From NCBI GenBank assembly GCA_945787575.1, contig CALZKB010000045.1:1896-65895 (forward strand): 64,000 bases of DNA, in the 5' to 3' direction. Both the position numbers and the translations under genes were made by a program. The first letter of the stretch is position 1. Each line of letters begins with the position of its first letter. This stretch comes from Thermoanaerobaculia bacterium (GTDB lineage Bacteria > Acidobacteriota > Thermoanaerobaculia > Multivoradales > JAHEKO01). Positions 27,334 to 37,195 of this stretch are shown piece by piece. The notes beneath the pieces were generated by a model, which was not told where the DNA came from, ran no database searches, and saw only the letters and a list, made by a program, of their open reading frames with translations.

Positions 27334-30300
27334 TCAGGCTCTTTCGGTCACCATGTCGGGCTCCGAGGTGCCCGAACGGGTCCTTGCTCGGAGGCGGGAG
27401 AGCCTCTCCCGCACGTCTTCGAGAATCGAATACAGGGCGGGAACCAGCACGAGGACAATTCCGGTGGCGAACAGCACGCCGAAGGCGAGCGAGATCGCCA
27501 TCGGCACGAGGAACTGGGCCTGTAGACTGCGCTCCAGCAGCAGCGGAGTGAGGCTGGCAAAGGTAGTCAGCGAGGTCAGCAGGATGGGCCGGAAGCGGGC
27601 GCCGCCGCCGCGGCGGATCGCTTCACGATGGGGTGTACCCTGGGCGACGTCGCGATTGATGAAGTCGACGAGCACGAGGCTGTCGTTGATCACCACGCCG
27701 GTCAGTGCGACGATCCCGAACACCGACATGATGGCGAGGTCGTGGCCCATCAGCAGGTGGCCCCAGACGGCGCCGATGATGCCGAACGGAATCGCCGACA
27801 TGACGATCAGGGGCTGCACGTAGGAGCGGAACGGGATGGCCAGCAGGCCGTAGATCACGAAGAGAGCGACGACGAAGCCGGTCGCCAAGCCCTGAAGGGT
27901 CTCGCGTTGCTGCTCCTGCTCGCCTTCGAAGGAGTACCGTATCCCCGGATGCTCGATGAGCAAGAGGGGTAGGGCGGTCTGTTCGAGGTCGGCGAGGATA
28001 GTGTTGGGATTGCCGGCCGCGAGATCGACGTCCGCCGTCACGTTGACGACTCGGCGCCGATCCGTGCGCTCGATGGTTGCCGGCCCTCGGGACATGCTGG
28101 TCACGGCTGCTATGCCTATCGGTATTTCGAGCGCTCCGGCACCGCGTACCCTCAATCCCTCGAGATCCGCCAGCGACTCCCGGTCCGTCTTCGGATAGCG
28201 GACCATCACCTTGACCTCGTCGCGGCCGCGCTGCAGCCGCTGAACCTCCTCCCCGTAGAAGGCCTGCCTCACCTGACGCGCAACGGCGATCTGCGACAGG
28301 CCCGCCGCCTCGCCCTCCGGCGTTACCCGCAGGTCGAGCTCCCGCTTGCCGGCGCGGAAGGAATCGGAGATCTCGCGGACACCCGGATAAGCGCGCAGCG
28401 CCTCCTTGAGCTGCTCGGCTGCCGCGCGGAGGCGACCAACGTCGGGACCGGAGAGCTCGACATGGATCGGATCTCCGCTCGAGAACAGGGAAGAGGTGAA
28501 GGACGTCTCGACGGCGTCGGGGATCGTTCCGGCCTTCTCGCGCCAGCGGTCGGCGATCTCGATGCTGGTGACGGAGCGTTCCTCGGCGCCCATTAGCTCG
28601 ATGTTCACTTCGCCGAGATGCGCCGCCGAGAAATCGGCCGCGACGTCCCCGAAGCGCTGATTCTCCGCCTGACGAAAGGGCTGCGCGCCTACCGTGGCCA
28701 GGGTGTGCCGGAAGACCTCGCCGTGCTCGCCTTCGAGCTCCTGTTCGAGCTCGAGCGCGGCGCTCTCCAGTTGCCGGATCGCCAGATCGGTGACTTCCGC
28801 CGGCGTGCCTTGGGGCATGGTCAGACTCACCGCCACGTTGTCGGCCTCGACCGGCGGCATGAAGTGGAACTCGATCCAACCGGCGCCGACGATCGCCGTA
28901 GTGATCAACAAGAGTCCCACGCCGGTGGCCACGGTCGCATAGCGCCACTTGATGACGCGATCGAGAAACGGTTGATAGCGCGTGGCGATGAAGGTGATGA
29001 GTCCTTCGCTGACCCGTCGCTGCACCCGGCGCCAGAAAGGCGGGTGCAGCGGGTCCTCCCGCCGCTTCACGTGCGACAGGTGCGCCGGCAGGATCAGGAG
29101 ACTCTCGATCAAGGAGAAGATCAAGGTGGCGATCACCACCAGCGGGATGACCCGCATGAATTTGCCGATGATCCCGGTCACGCCGAGGATCGGGGCGAAC
29201 GCGGCGATCGTCGTCAGCACCGCGAAGACGACCGGTTTGAGCACCTCGGAAGTGCCGGCGATGGACGCCTCGACGGCGTGCTTGCCGCGTTGGAAATGAG
29301 AGTAGACGTTCTCGCCCACGACGATGGCGTCATCGACGACGATGCCGAGCACGACGATGAAGGCGAAGAGCGAGATCATGTTGATCGACACGTCGAGCGA
29401 CGGCATGAGGGCGAAACCACCGAGGAAGGAGATCGGTATCCCCAGGGCCACCCACACCGCGAGACTCAGTCGCAAGAAGAGCGCCAGGACGACGAACACG
29501 AGCACGAAACCGAAGAAGCCGTTCTTCATCAGGAGCCTGAGCCGCGCCTGCAGGATCGCGGTCTCGTCCTGGTAGGTCGCGACCTCGATCCCGTTCGGCA
29601 GAGTCGGTGCGATCTCTGCGAGGTGAGTTTTCGTCGCCGCGACGACATCGGTCGCACTTTGGGCTCCGGTCCGGAAGATCTTGAGGATCACCTCCGGCTT
29701 GCCGTTGAAACGTGACCAGAGGTCGGTATCGGCGAAAGCGTTGGTGCGCAGAGGGATGCGCTCGAACTCGGCGCCGCGATAGGCCTGTCCTTCGCCGCGC
29801 AAGAGGATCTCGCCGCTACGGCTGTCGATACGCCCTCCCGGGAGGTCGACGGAAGAACGACGCACGGCGTCCGCGACCTCGTCGAAGGTCAGGGCGTAGC
29901 GCCGAAGGTTCTCTTCGGAGACTTCGATCGAGATCTCGTAGGGTCGGGTCGAGACCAGCTCGATCTGCGAGATCTCGGGCAGCGCCGCCAGATCCTCGCG
30001 CAGCCGGTCCCCGAGCACTTTCAGGGTCCGCTCCTCGGCGTCGCCGTAGACAGCGACCTCGATGACCTGACGGGTCATCACCAGCTCTTCGATCACCGGC
30101 TCCTCGGCTTCCTCAGGAAAGGTGTCGATGGCGTCTACCCGACTTTTGATGTCGTTGAGCAGCCTCGCGACGTCGTAGTCGTCGTCCACCTCCACGACCA
30201 CCAGTCCGACGTTCTCATTGGCCGTCGAGCGCAGCTTCTTGACGCCATCGAGGCCCTGGAGGCGTTCCTCGATGCGAATGACGACGCCCTCCTCGACCTC

Positions 30301-30474
30301 TTCCGGAGCCGCCCCGGGGTAGAGCACCGACACCGAGACTAGGTCACTCGAGAACTCGGGAAACACCTCCTTCTTGATGGTAAAGAGCCTCGTCGCGCCG
30401 ACGACTACGATGAGCCCCATCAGGAGATTGGCGGCGACGCCGTTGCGGACGAACCACCGCACGATCGAGGTCAC
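27334..30474 (-). CDS. RND efflux transporter permease subunit (AcrB / HAE1-like)
   Basis: 1046 aa, 12-TM plus large periplasmic loops. N-terminus MTSIVRWFVRNGVAANLLMGLIVVVG is typical. Confidence 0.9.
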   Translation of the reverse strand: MTSIVRWFVRNGVAANLLMGLIVVVGATRLFTIKKEVFPEFSSDLVSVSVLYPGAAPEEVEEGVVIRIEERLQGLDGVKKLRSTANENVGLVVVEVDDDYDVARLLNDIKSRVDAIDTFPEEAEEPVIEELVMTRQVIEVAVYGDAEERTLKVLGDRLREDLAALPEISQIELVSTRPYEISIEVSEENLRRYALTFDEVADAVRRSSVDLPGGRIDSRSGEILLRGEGQAYRGAEFERIPLRTNAFADTDLWSRFNGKPEVILKIFRTGAQSATDVVAATKTHLAEIAPTLPNGIEVATYQDETAILQARLRLLMKNGFFGFVLVFVVLALFLRLSLAVWVALGIPISFLGGFALMPSLDVSINMISLFAFIVVLGIVVDDAIVVGENVYSHFQRGKHAVEASIAGTSEVLKPVVFAVLTTIAAFAPILGVTGIIGKFMRVIPLVVIATLIFSLIESLLILPAHLSHVKRREDPLHPPFWRRVQRRVSEGLITFIATRYQPFLDRVIKWRYATVATGVGLLLITTAIVGAGWIEFHFMPPVEADNVAVSLTMPQGTPAEVTDLAIRQLESAALELEQELEGEHGEVFRHTLATVGAQPFRQAENQRFGDVAADFSAAHLGEVNIELMGAEERSVTSIEIADRWREKAGTIPDAVETSFTSSLFSSGDPIHVELSGPDVGRLRAAAEQLKEALRAYPGVREISDSFRAGKRELDLRVTPEGEAAGLSQIAVARQVRQAFYGEEVQRLQRGRDEVKVMVRYPKTDRESLADLEGLRVRGAGALEIPIGIAAVTSMSRGPATIERTDRRRVVNVTADVDLAAGNPNTILADLEQTALPLLLIEHPGIRYSFEGEQEQQRETLQGLATGFVVALFVIYGLLAIPFRSYVQPLIVMSAIPFGIIGAVWGHLLMGHDLAIMSVFGIVALTGVVINDSLVLVDFINRDVAQGTPHREAIRRGGGARFRPILLTSLTTFASLTPLLLERSLQAQFLVPMAISLAFGVLFATGIVLVLVPALYSILEDVRERLSRLRARTRSGTSEPDMVTERA

Positions 30475-31646
30475 AGCCTCACCTCGCGGTCGGCGAGGTC
30501 TACGGTGACCGCCAGAGTGCGGACCTGCATCCCTTCGACGGGAGCTTCGATGGGCGACACGCAGACCAGCTCTCCGGCTTCGAGGCCGTCGGCGATCAGC
30601 GCTTGCTCGTCTTGCAGACGAAGCAGCTCGACGGGGCGGAAGCGCAGCCGGTTATCGGCGTCGACGACGAGAACGCGGTCGCCGTCGCGCAGCGCCGAGC
30701 GGGGGAGCACGGCCACCCCCTCCACCGCACGACCGGTGATTGCGGCCTCGAGGAAGGTCCCCATCGGTAGCGGCAGAGACTGCTGGGCTCCGGAGCTCAT
30801 TCGGTCTTCGATGCGGGTGTAGAGGGTCATCATTCGGGTCCGGGGGTCGACCTCGCTGCTGACGCGAACCACCCTTCCATGCCAGGCATGCTCACTGCCG
30901 GCCAGCACACCTCGGAACTCGACCCTCGGCCCCGGTCGGGGGTTCGCCCAGTCGATTTCGAGGAAGGCGAGATCGGTTTGGGAGACGGGCAGCTTCACCT
31001 CCGCGTAGGTAGTCGAGAAGATCTCGGCGACCGGGGAGCCCGGTGTGACGAACTGCCCGAGATCAACGATCTTGCGTCGCAACTGTCCGTCAAACGGAGC
31101 GAGAATCGTCGTTCGGGAGAGGTTGAGACGCGCCATCTCGAGGTTGGCCTCGGCGGCCTCGAGACCGGCCTCCGCCTCAGCCAGCTGAGGCGCCCGCGCC
31201 GCCAGCGGCGCGGCCTCACCGAGCCCGAGATCTTCCCATTCGCGACGTGCCAGCTCGGCTTCTGCCCGTTCTCGATCGAGTCGGACGCGCGCCTGGGCGA
31301 CGCTGGCCTCGGCTTGGGCGACGTTGAGCTCGTAATCGCGGCGCTCGATCGTCAGCAGCACGTCGCCTCGCCGGAACGACGCGCCCTCGGCAAAGCTCAC
31401 GCCAGTCGCGGCTATTCGACCGGCGACTTGCGCGGACAAGGTTGTCTCGATGGCCGGGGAGGCACTGCCATTGCCGCGGACGATCAACGGCATGTTCCGA
31501 AGCTCCACGGTCTGAACCCGAACCTGCGGCGCCGGAACAGCGCCGTCACGCCGCTCCACCGGCTCGCGGCCGGCGAGAATGAGCGCCGCGACCAGCAAGG
31601 CGCCGGCGACGATCCCGACTGGCAAGAGGGCTTTCTTCATCTTCAT
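30471..31646 (-). CDS. RND efflux periplasmic adaptor (membrane fusion protein)
   Basis: Start MKMKKALLPVGIVAGALLVAALILAG (cat at 31644..31646). Coiled-coil and beta-barrel MFP pattern. 4-nt overlaps with both flanking genes. Confidence 0.8.
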   Translation of the reverse strand: MKMKKALLPVGIVAGALLVAALILAGREPVERRDGAVPAPQVRVQTVELRNMPLIVRGNGSASPAIETTLSAQVAGRIAATGVSFAEGASFRRGDVLLTIERRDYELNVAQAEASVAQARVRLDRERAEAELARREWEDLGLGEAAPLAARAPQLAEAEAGLEAAEANLEMARLNLSRTTILAPFDGQLRRKIVDLGQFVTPGSPVAEIFSTTYAEVKLPVSQTDLAFLEIDWANPRPGPRVEFRGVLAGSEHAWHGRVVRVSSEVDPRTRMMTLYTRIEDRMSSGAQQSLPLPMGTFLEAAITGRAVEGVAVLPRSALRDGDRVLVVDADNRLRFRPVELLRLQDEQALIADGLEAGELVCVSPIEAPVEGMQVRTLAVTVDLADREVRL

Positions 31647-33094
31647 GGACTCTTCCTGGCGTCGTCCGCCGGGAGCTCGGCGTCGCGGTCGTGATCGCCG
31701 CCGAGGGCCAGGTGGAGATCGACGCGCGCTTCGAGCTGTTGTCGTTGGGCTGCCAGCAGCTGGCTCTGACTCAGAGTCGCCTGCCTTTGCGACTCGAGAA
31801 CGGTTAGGTAGTCGGAGAGGCCCGAGCGGTAGCGCCGCTGCGCCAACTCTCGGGCCGCCAGCGCCTCGGCGCTCGATGAGGCGAGAGCCTTCAGCCGGTC
31901 TGCGAGGAAACGCTCGGCCGCGAGGGCGCTCTCGACTTCGCCGAAGGCGGTCAGCGCCGCCGCGAGGTAGGCGGCGGCGGCTTCCTCTCGGCGTGCTTGG
32001 GCCGCATCGACTGCCGCGCGCAGTCGACCGCCCTGAAAGACTGGCTGCAGGAGGCCGGCGGCGAGGCTCCACACCGAGAAGTCGTCGTCCAGGAGATCTT
32101 CGAGCTCGACGCTCGAGCGCCCGACCGAGCCGCTGAGACGAAGCCGGGGGTAGAGGGCAGCTTTCGCGGCGCGCGCGTCCAGTCCAGCGGCAGCCAAACG
32201 GCGCTCGGCGGCGACGAGATCGGGGCGTTGGGTCACCAGCTCGGCCGGCTGGCTACCGGTGATCGGCGGCGGTGCCGCGGGCAGTTTGGCGTCGTCGGGC
32301 AGTGAGTTGCCGCTCGGATAGCGGACCACCAGCAGCTCGAGGCGACGCCCGGCGCGGTCGGCGTCTTGGCGTCGAGCCGAGAGTTGAGCCACGGCGCCCG
32401 CTTCACTTGCTTTGGCGAGTCGCAGGTCGAGGGCGGTGCGCAACCCGAGTCGGTAGCGGTTCTCGATCTGTTCGCGAGTGCGACTTCGATTGTCGAGCGT
32501 CTCCTCGGCGAGCAGGACTTGCTGGCGCGCTTCGAGCCAGCCGAACCAACCCTTGGCGATTTGGCCGATGAGCGACAACCTGAGCGCGTCGAGATCGGCG
32601 GCGACGGCATCGCCGCGGGCTCGAGCGGCCGCGCTGCCGGCGCCGAGACGTCCCCAGAGATCGACCTCCCACGCAGCGGCGAGAGTCAGTCCGAGGGTGG
32701 TCGAGGTGTTCGAAAGCACCTCGCCCTCGGCTCCGGGAATGGGCAGTCCGATGAAGTTCTGCCGTCGTCGGGCGCCGTCGGCAGATGCGTCGGCTTGCGG
32801 TCGGGACTCGGCACCGGCGATGCGAGCCGCCGCGATCGCGGCCGCCAACCGTGCCCTCGCGGCCTCGAGTGTCGGACTCAGTCCGAGAGCTTCCTCGATC
32901 AACGCGTCGAGCTTTGGATCCTCGAAGCGACGCCACCAGGCGATCGGGTCGCTCGCCACCGCTGCCTCCATCGCGACGGCGGTCCATTGGCTCGGCAGCT
33001 CGAAGGGAGGTTCGGGCGGCGCGCTCGGTGCCGTGGCGCAGGCCGCGCCCAAGAGGACAGGGAGGAGAGCCGCGAACTTGTGGACGCGGTTCAA
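31643..33094 (-). CDS. RND efflux outer membrane factor (TolC/NodT family lipoprotein)
   Basis: Lipoprotein signal LLGAACATAPS, two alpha-barrel repeats, family block WWRRFEDPKLDALIEEAL. Confidence 0.8.
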   Translation of the reverse strand: MNRVHKFAALLPVLLGAACATAPSAPPEPPFELPSQWTAVAMEAAVASDPIAWWRRFEDPKLDALIEEALGLSPTLEAARARLAAAIAAARIAGAESRPQADASADGARRRQNFIGLPIPGAEGEVLSNTSTTLGLTLAAAWEVDLWGRLGAGSAAARARGDAVAADLDALRLSLIGQIAKGWFGWLEARQQVLLAEETLDNRSRTREQIENRYRLGLRTALDLRLAKASEAGAVAQLSARRQDADRAGRRLELLVVRYPSGNSLPDDAKLPAAPPPITGSQPAELVTQRPDLVAAERRLAAAGLDARAAKAALYPRLRLSGSVGRSSVELEDLLDDDFSVWSLAAGLLQPVFQGGRLRAAVDAAQARREEAAAAYLAAALTAFGEVESALAAERFLADRLKALASSSAEALAARELAQRRYRSGLSDYLTVLESQRQATLSQSQLLAAQRQQLEARVDLHLALGGDHDRDAELPADDARKSP

Positions 33095-33738
33095 GACGCG
33101 TCCCCTGGAGCTCGTGCACCGTGGCGGAAGCCCTCCGCGACGAACCGCACCAGCTCTCGCTCGAGGTGGTCGGCGTCGCTCGGATCGCAGGCGCCGTCCG
33201 AGTAGGCCTGGGCGATGTTACCTAGACCGACGGTGAAGCTCGTGGCGCCGACCATGAAGTGGAAGCGCCAGTAGATCTGCCGTGGGGCCAAGCCGGGAAG
33301 GAAGCGCTCGAGGGCGACCACGAAGCGCTCGATCAACGGCCCGAAGAGATCGAGCAACACGGGCCGGAGCTCGGCGCCCGCTTGCGAGAACACGTTGCCG
33401 AGGAGCCGGGCGAGGCTGGTCCGATCTTCTTCGTTGCGCACCATCGCCAACGCCGGCTCGACGAAGGCGGCCACGACGTCCTCGAGGGTGGCGTCGACGC
33501 GGGTCTCGCACAGATCCAGTCGGCGGAGTCGCTCGGCGTTGAGCGGCCCGACCCGCCGTTCGAGCACCGCCTTGATCAGTTCCAGCTTGGAGCCGAAGTG
33601 GTAGTTGACGGCGGCGACGTTGGCTCCGGCGGACTCGGTGATGGCGCGAACGGAGGCGCTGGCAAAGCCGTGCTCGGCGAAGAGGCTCTCCGCCGCATCG
33701 AGCAGGCCGTCGCGAGTCGTGGAGTCGGAGCGGGTCAC
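33091..33738 (-). CDS. TetR/AcrR family transcriptional regulator
   Basis: N-terminal HTH DGLLDAAESLFAEHGFASASVRAITESAGANVAAVNYHFGSK. GTG start. Heads the efflux operon. Confidence 0.85.
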   Translation of the reverse strand: MTRSDSTTRDGLLDAAESLFAEHGFASASVRAITESAGANVAAVNYHFGSKLELIKAVLERRVGPLNAERLRRLDLCETRVDATLEDVVAAFVEPALAMVRNEEDRTSLARLLGNVFSQAGAELRPVLLDLFGPLIERFVVALERFLPGLAPRQIYWRFHFMVGATSFTVGLGNIAQAYSDGACDPSDADHLERELVRFVAEGFRHGARAPGDAS

Positions 33739-33760
33739 GATTCAAACATACGTTTCAATC
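33739..33760. promoter_or_regulatory. candidate TetR operator: 22-bp imperfect palindrome GATTCAAAC-ATAC-GTTTCAATC abutting the tetR start codon
   Basis: Inverted repeat with one mismatch, in an AT-rich leader directly upstream of the GTG start. Confidence 0.45.
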
Positions 33761-33962
33761 AAGTGTTTGTTTTACTCTTGCTCCGGAGCTCGTGTCAAGG
33801 GGATCTGCTTGGGCATGCCTCGCGGCGGGCCGCGCGCGGCCCGGGGGGCCCGGATGGTGCGCCGGATCCGTCTTTGCCGTCACCGGGCTGGTCGACGTCG
33901 CGGCCACGTCGGTTCATTGCCGCTTGCTTCGGGACACGGCCGTGGTTAGCCTAACGACCCTG

Positions 33963-35072
33963 ATGACCGGCTTGACAGAGCGCGCCCTTCGAGCTTCAGT
34001 CGCCACGCTGATGCTCTCGCTGATCCACGCCGGGGGCCTCCATGCCCAGGGTGACGAACTCGACGCCACGATCAGGTCGGAGTATCCGCGGATCCTCACC
34101 TCCTGGGCGGTTGGGGACGACGAGGGCGCCATCGAGAGCTTGGCGGCCCTCGAGACGGGTCTCGTCCGGCCGAAGAAGGTCGATCGCGACATCGAAGCCA
34201 TGTGGCGATCGAAGCTCGCCGTGATCCGCGACACGATCAGTCGCGGTGGCACCGAGGTCCTGGTTCCGATCATGCTCTTGCACCACGATGCGAGTCGCTA
34301 CTACGCGAGTCGCGGAGCGGTGCGGTTGGCACGGCACTCGGGGATGATGAGCGCGGAGCTCGCCGAGTACTACGCCGAGAGCTCGGCGACCCCGGGCTCC
34401 GGACGCCTCGCCGCGGACCTTCTCGCCAGTCTCGCCGGTCACTTACAGCAGGGACTCGTCGTGCGCCAGTCGGCAAAACTCTACTACCGCGCCCTGCGGA
34501 TCGACGGTGCCAACCTCGCGGCGCACATGGGTCTGGCGTCGATGTTCGAGCGGCGGGGGGAGCTTGCGCCGGCGCTCGAACACTACGAGAAGGCGGCGCG
34601 GTTGGCGCCGGGCCGGCCCGAGCCGCTGCTGAGACACGCCATGGTCGCGGCCCGGCTGGACGACATCGGGATCGCCATGGAAGATCTCGACCGGGTCCTC
34701 ACGATGGAGGCGCCCGACTGGATGCGGCGGGTGGCGCTGCAGGAGAAGGCCAAATGCTCCTCGGGCGAGGCCGCCGCCGAGGTCGCGCGAGCCGCGCTCG
34801 AAGAGTATCCGGACAGCTCCCGACAGGCGATCCAGAGGGCGTACCTTCTCGAGAGGCAGAGGCGCCCCGGGGAGGCTCTCGCGGTGCTCAACGGGATCGC
34901 CGAAAGCGCGGAACAGGAGTCCGAGCGCTACTTCTACACCCGCTGGCCGGACACGGCGCTCGAGGAGTCGAGGGCACGTCTGCGCCGAGATGCCAGGGAA
35001 CACAGTGAAGTGCTCGAGACGGCGGTGGCCGCTGCACTAGCGGTAGGCGCCGTAGAAGCCAAGGGTGGCTGA
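33963..35072 (+). CDS. tetratricopeptide-repeat protein (secreted)
   Basis: Signal-like MTGLTERALRASVATLMLSLIHAGGLHAQG. Repeated AxxYY/ALxxxP helices (LYYRALRIDGANLAAHMGLASMFERRGELAPALEHYEKAARLAP). The ORF is open from 33792; start uncertain. Confidence 0.5.
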   Translation: MTGLTERALRASVATLMLSLIHAGGLHAQGDELDATIRSEYPRILTSWAVGDDEGAIESLAALETGLVRPKKVDRDIEAMWRSKLAVIRDTISRGGTEVLVPIMLLHHDASRYYASRGAVRLARHSGMMSAELAEYYAESSATPGSGRLAADLLASLAGHLQQGLVVRQSAKLYYRALRIDGANLAAHMGLASMFERRGELAPALEHYEKAARLAPGRPEPLLRHAMVAARLDDIGIAMEDLDRVLTMEAPDWMRRVALQEKAKCSSGEAAAEVARAALEEYPDSSRQAIQRAYLLERQRRPGEALAVLNGIAESAEQESERYFYTRWPDTALEESRARLRRDAREHSEVLETAVAAALAVGAVEAKGG

Positions 35073-36235
35073 TGCGCAAGCTTGCGTTAGCGGGTCTGGC
35101 GCTGGCCGCCTCGGCCGCGTTCGGTGAGGACGCAATCTGGTTTCTCGCCCCGGATGCTGGGGGCGCCGTCTTCGGGCCGATAAGAATTTCGGCGCACGTC
35201 GAGAGCGAGAGCACGGTTCTCGCCGTCGAGTTCTTCGTCGATGGTCTCGGCATCGGGGTCGTGACCGCACCCCCGTGGGCGATTGTCTCCGACGTCGGCT
35301 ATGGGAACCGTGAGCACACCCTGAGGGTCGTGGCGCGCCTCGAAGGGGGCAAGAGAATCGAGGCGAGCCGGGTCACCGGGATCTTCTCGGTGGACGACTC
35401 GCTGGAGATCGAGCTTCGCCAGCTTTACGTCAACGTGACGGCCGAGGGCGAGCGAGTGAGGGATCTCGAGCGCGACGACTTTCGCATTCTCGACGGCGGC
35501 GTTCGGCAGGCGATCGTCACCTTCGAAAAGGAGAACGTACCGATGACCGCCGCGCTCCTGGTCGACTGCAGCGCCAGCATGGAGGGCGCCCCGCTCGACG
35601 CCGCGTTGAGCGGCGTGAGGCGGTTTCTCGATCAAATGAGCGAGCTCGACGAGGCAAAGCTCATCCTGTTCTCGGATCGAATCCTCGGCTCGACGCCGTT
35701 CACTCGCGACCGTGCCGTGCTGGAGGCGGCGCTCTCTTCGGTGGAGGTGACCGGCGGGACGGCGATCAACGACTATCTGTTCGCCGCCTTGAAGATGCTC
35801 GATGGTCGCCAGGGCCGCCGGGTGGTCGTGCTCTTCACCGACGGTGCGGATGTCCACAGCTTGCTCGATATGGACGATGTGGCGTGGAAGGCCCAACGCA
35901 GCCAGGCGGTCATGTACTGGATCTACCTGCGCCACTCGGGCGAGAGCGGACCTCCGGCGTTCAACTCGGCGTGGCGAGGCTTCGAGGAGAATCAGGAGGA
36001 GTCTAGGCTCCTCCGCCGAGCGGTCAACGAGAGTGGCGGCCATATCGCTGAGCTCGACGACTCCGACGAGCTCGAGGGAGCCTTCGCGGAGATCATCGAG
36101 GAGCTCCGCAATCAGTACGTGCTGGGGTACTACCCGTCGGGATCGCGCCGCGACGGCAGCTGGCGGGAAGTCGACGTCCGGGTCCGGCGAGCCGGGGCCC
36201 GGGTGCGGACCCGGCAGGGCTACATCGACGACTGA
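35072..36235 (+). CDS. VWA domain protein (Acidobacteria-type VWFA-related family), paralog of 4499..7477
   Basis: MTAALLVDCSASM...VVLFTDGADV VWA/MIDAS block. C-terminal ELRNQYVLGYYPS...VRVRRAGARVRTRQGY parallels the tail of the first paralog. Confidence 0.7.
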   Translation: MRKLALAGLALAASAAFGEDAIWFLAPDAGGAVFGPIRISAHVESESTVLAVEFFVDGLGIGVVTAPPWAIVSDVGYGNREHTLRVVARLEGGKRIEASRVTGIFSVDDSLEIELRQLYVNVTAEGERVRDLERDDFRILDGGVRQAIVTFEKENVPMTAALLVDCSASMEGAPLDAALSGVRRFLDQMSELDEAKLILFSDRILGSTPFTRDRAVLEAALSSVEVTGGTAINDYLFAALKMLDGRQGRRVVVLFTDGADVHSLLDMDDVAWKAQRSQAVMYWIYLRHSGESGPPAFNSAWRGFEENQEESRLLRRAVNESGGHIAELDDSDELEGAFAEIIEELRNQYVLGYYPSGSRRDGSWREVDVRVRRAGARVRTRQGYIDD

Positions 36236-36341
36236 CCGACTTCACCATCGAACGCCCGGTGCTCGCCTCGTTGGGGGAGTCATACGTGCCGGGCTCTCGC
36301 TACCCTAAAGGGGTGAGCGATGGAAATGCGCTACCTTCGTC

Positions 36342-36854
36342 ATGGTGACCCCCGACTTCGAGCGGACCCTGAGAACCCTCCACCCGGAGGCTTACTCCTG
36401 GACGCTGGTCTGCTGTCGTGGAGATCGCGACGCCGCGGAGGACGTCCTTCAGGAGACCTACCTGAGAGTGATCGACGGCCGGCTCCGATTCAATGGCCAT
36501 TCGAGCTTCAAGACCTGGTTCTTCGCCGTCGTGCGGCGAGCTTCGCGCGACCGGTCGCGCAAGCAAGCCGTGCGGAGAGCTCTACTGGGTCGCTGGAGCT
36601 CGCCGGCCGAGCCTCGGGAGCCGGAGGCCGAGGCCCGCATCGAGCGGAACGAGCGCAGCCGCGCGATTCGGGAGCTGTTGCAGCGCCTGAGCGCCCGCCA
36701 AAGACAGGTTCTCGAGCTGGTCTTCTTTCACGACCTGAGCCTGCGGGAAGCGGCGTCGGTGATGGACGTGACGCTCGGTACCGCCGGCCGTCACTACGAC
36801 CGAGGCAAGCGCCTGCTCCTGGAGCATCTGAGGGAGGCCGGTCTTGAGCTCTGA
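36342..36854 (+). CDS. ECF-subfamily RNA polymerase sigma-70 factor
   Basis: Region 2 AEDVLQETYLRV...FKTWFFAVVRR and region 4 LSARQRQVLELVFFHDLSLREAASVMDVTLGTA. Confidence 0.85.
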   Translation: MVTPDFERTLRTLHPEAYSWTLVCCRGDRDAAEDVLQETYLRVIDGRLRFNGHSSFKTWFFAVVRRASRDRSRKQAVRRALLGRWSSPAEPREPEAEARIERNERSRAIRELLQRLSARQRQVLELVFFHDLSLREAASVMDVTLGTAGRHYDRGKRLLLEHLREAGLEL

Positions 36855-37188
36855 TCGCGACTCCCGGCTCGGAGCCCTCTTCCAGGCGGCCCACGCGGAC
36901 GTTCGGACGCCGAGCTTCGACCGAATCCTCTCCAGGCGCCACCACCGCCGCCGTCTGCCTGCCAGGCTGCTGGCGGCCGCCGCAGTCACCCTCGTCGCGG
37001 TCCTGGCGGTGCCGCTCGCCAGACACCAACGCGAACGTAGAGCGTTTGAGTTTGCGAAGGAGGTCGCCGCTTGGAAAGCGCCCTCCGACGTGTTGCTCGA
37101 ACTACCTGAGTCACAGAGCCTGCTCAGCGACGTCGGCGGCGAGTCGATCCTCGACGCCGCCGAGCAGATGGTTCGATGGAGGAATTGA
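36844..37188 (+). CDS. putative anti-sigma factor (single TM)
   Basis: TTG start overlapping the sigma-factor stop by 11 nt. Central TM helix LLAAAAVTLVAVLAV. This position is typical for anti-sigma factors. Confidence 0.45.
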   Translation: MSSDRDSRLGALFQAAHADVRTPSFDRILSRRHHRRRLPARLLAAAAVTLVAVLAVPLARHQRERRAFEFAKEVAAWKAPSDVLLELPESQSLLSDVGGESILDAAEQMVRWRN

Positions 37189-37195
37189 AAGAGCG

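Noticed and set aside
36236-36341. Canonical ECF promoter upstream of the sigma factor gene
   Set aside because: Only a loose GAAC-N15-CGTT is present; too weak to annotate as a feature, mentioned only in findings.
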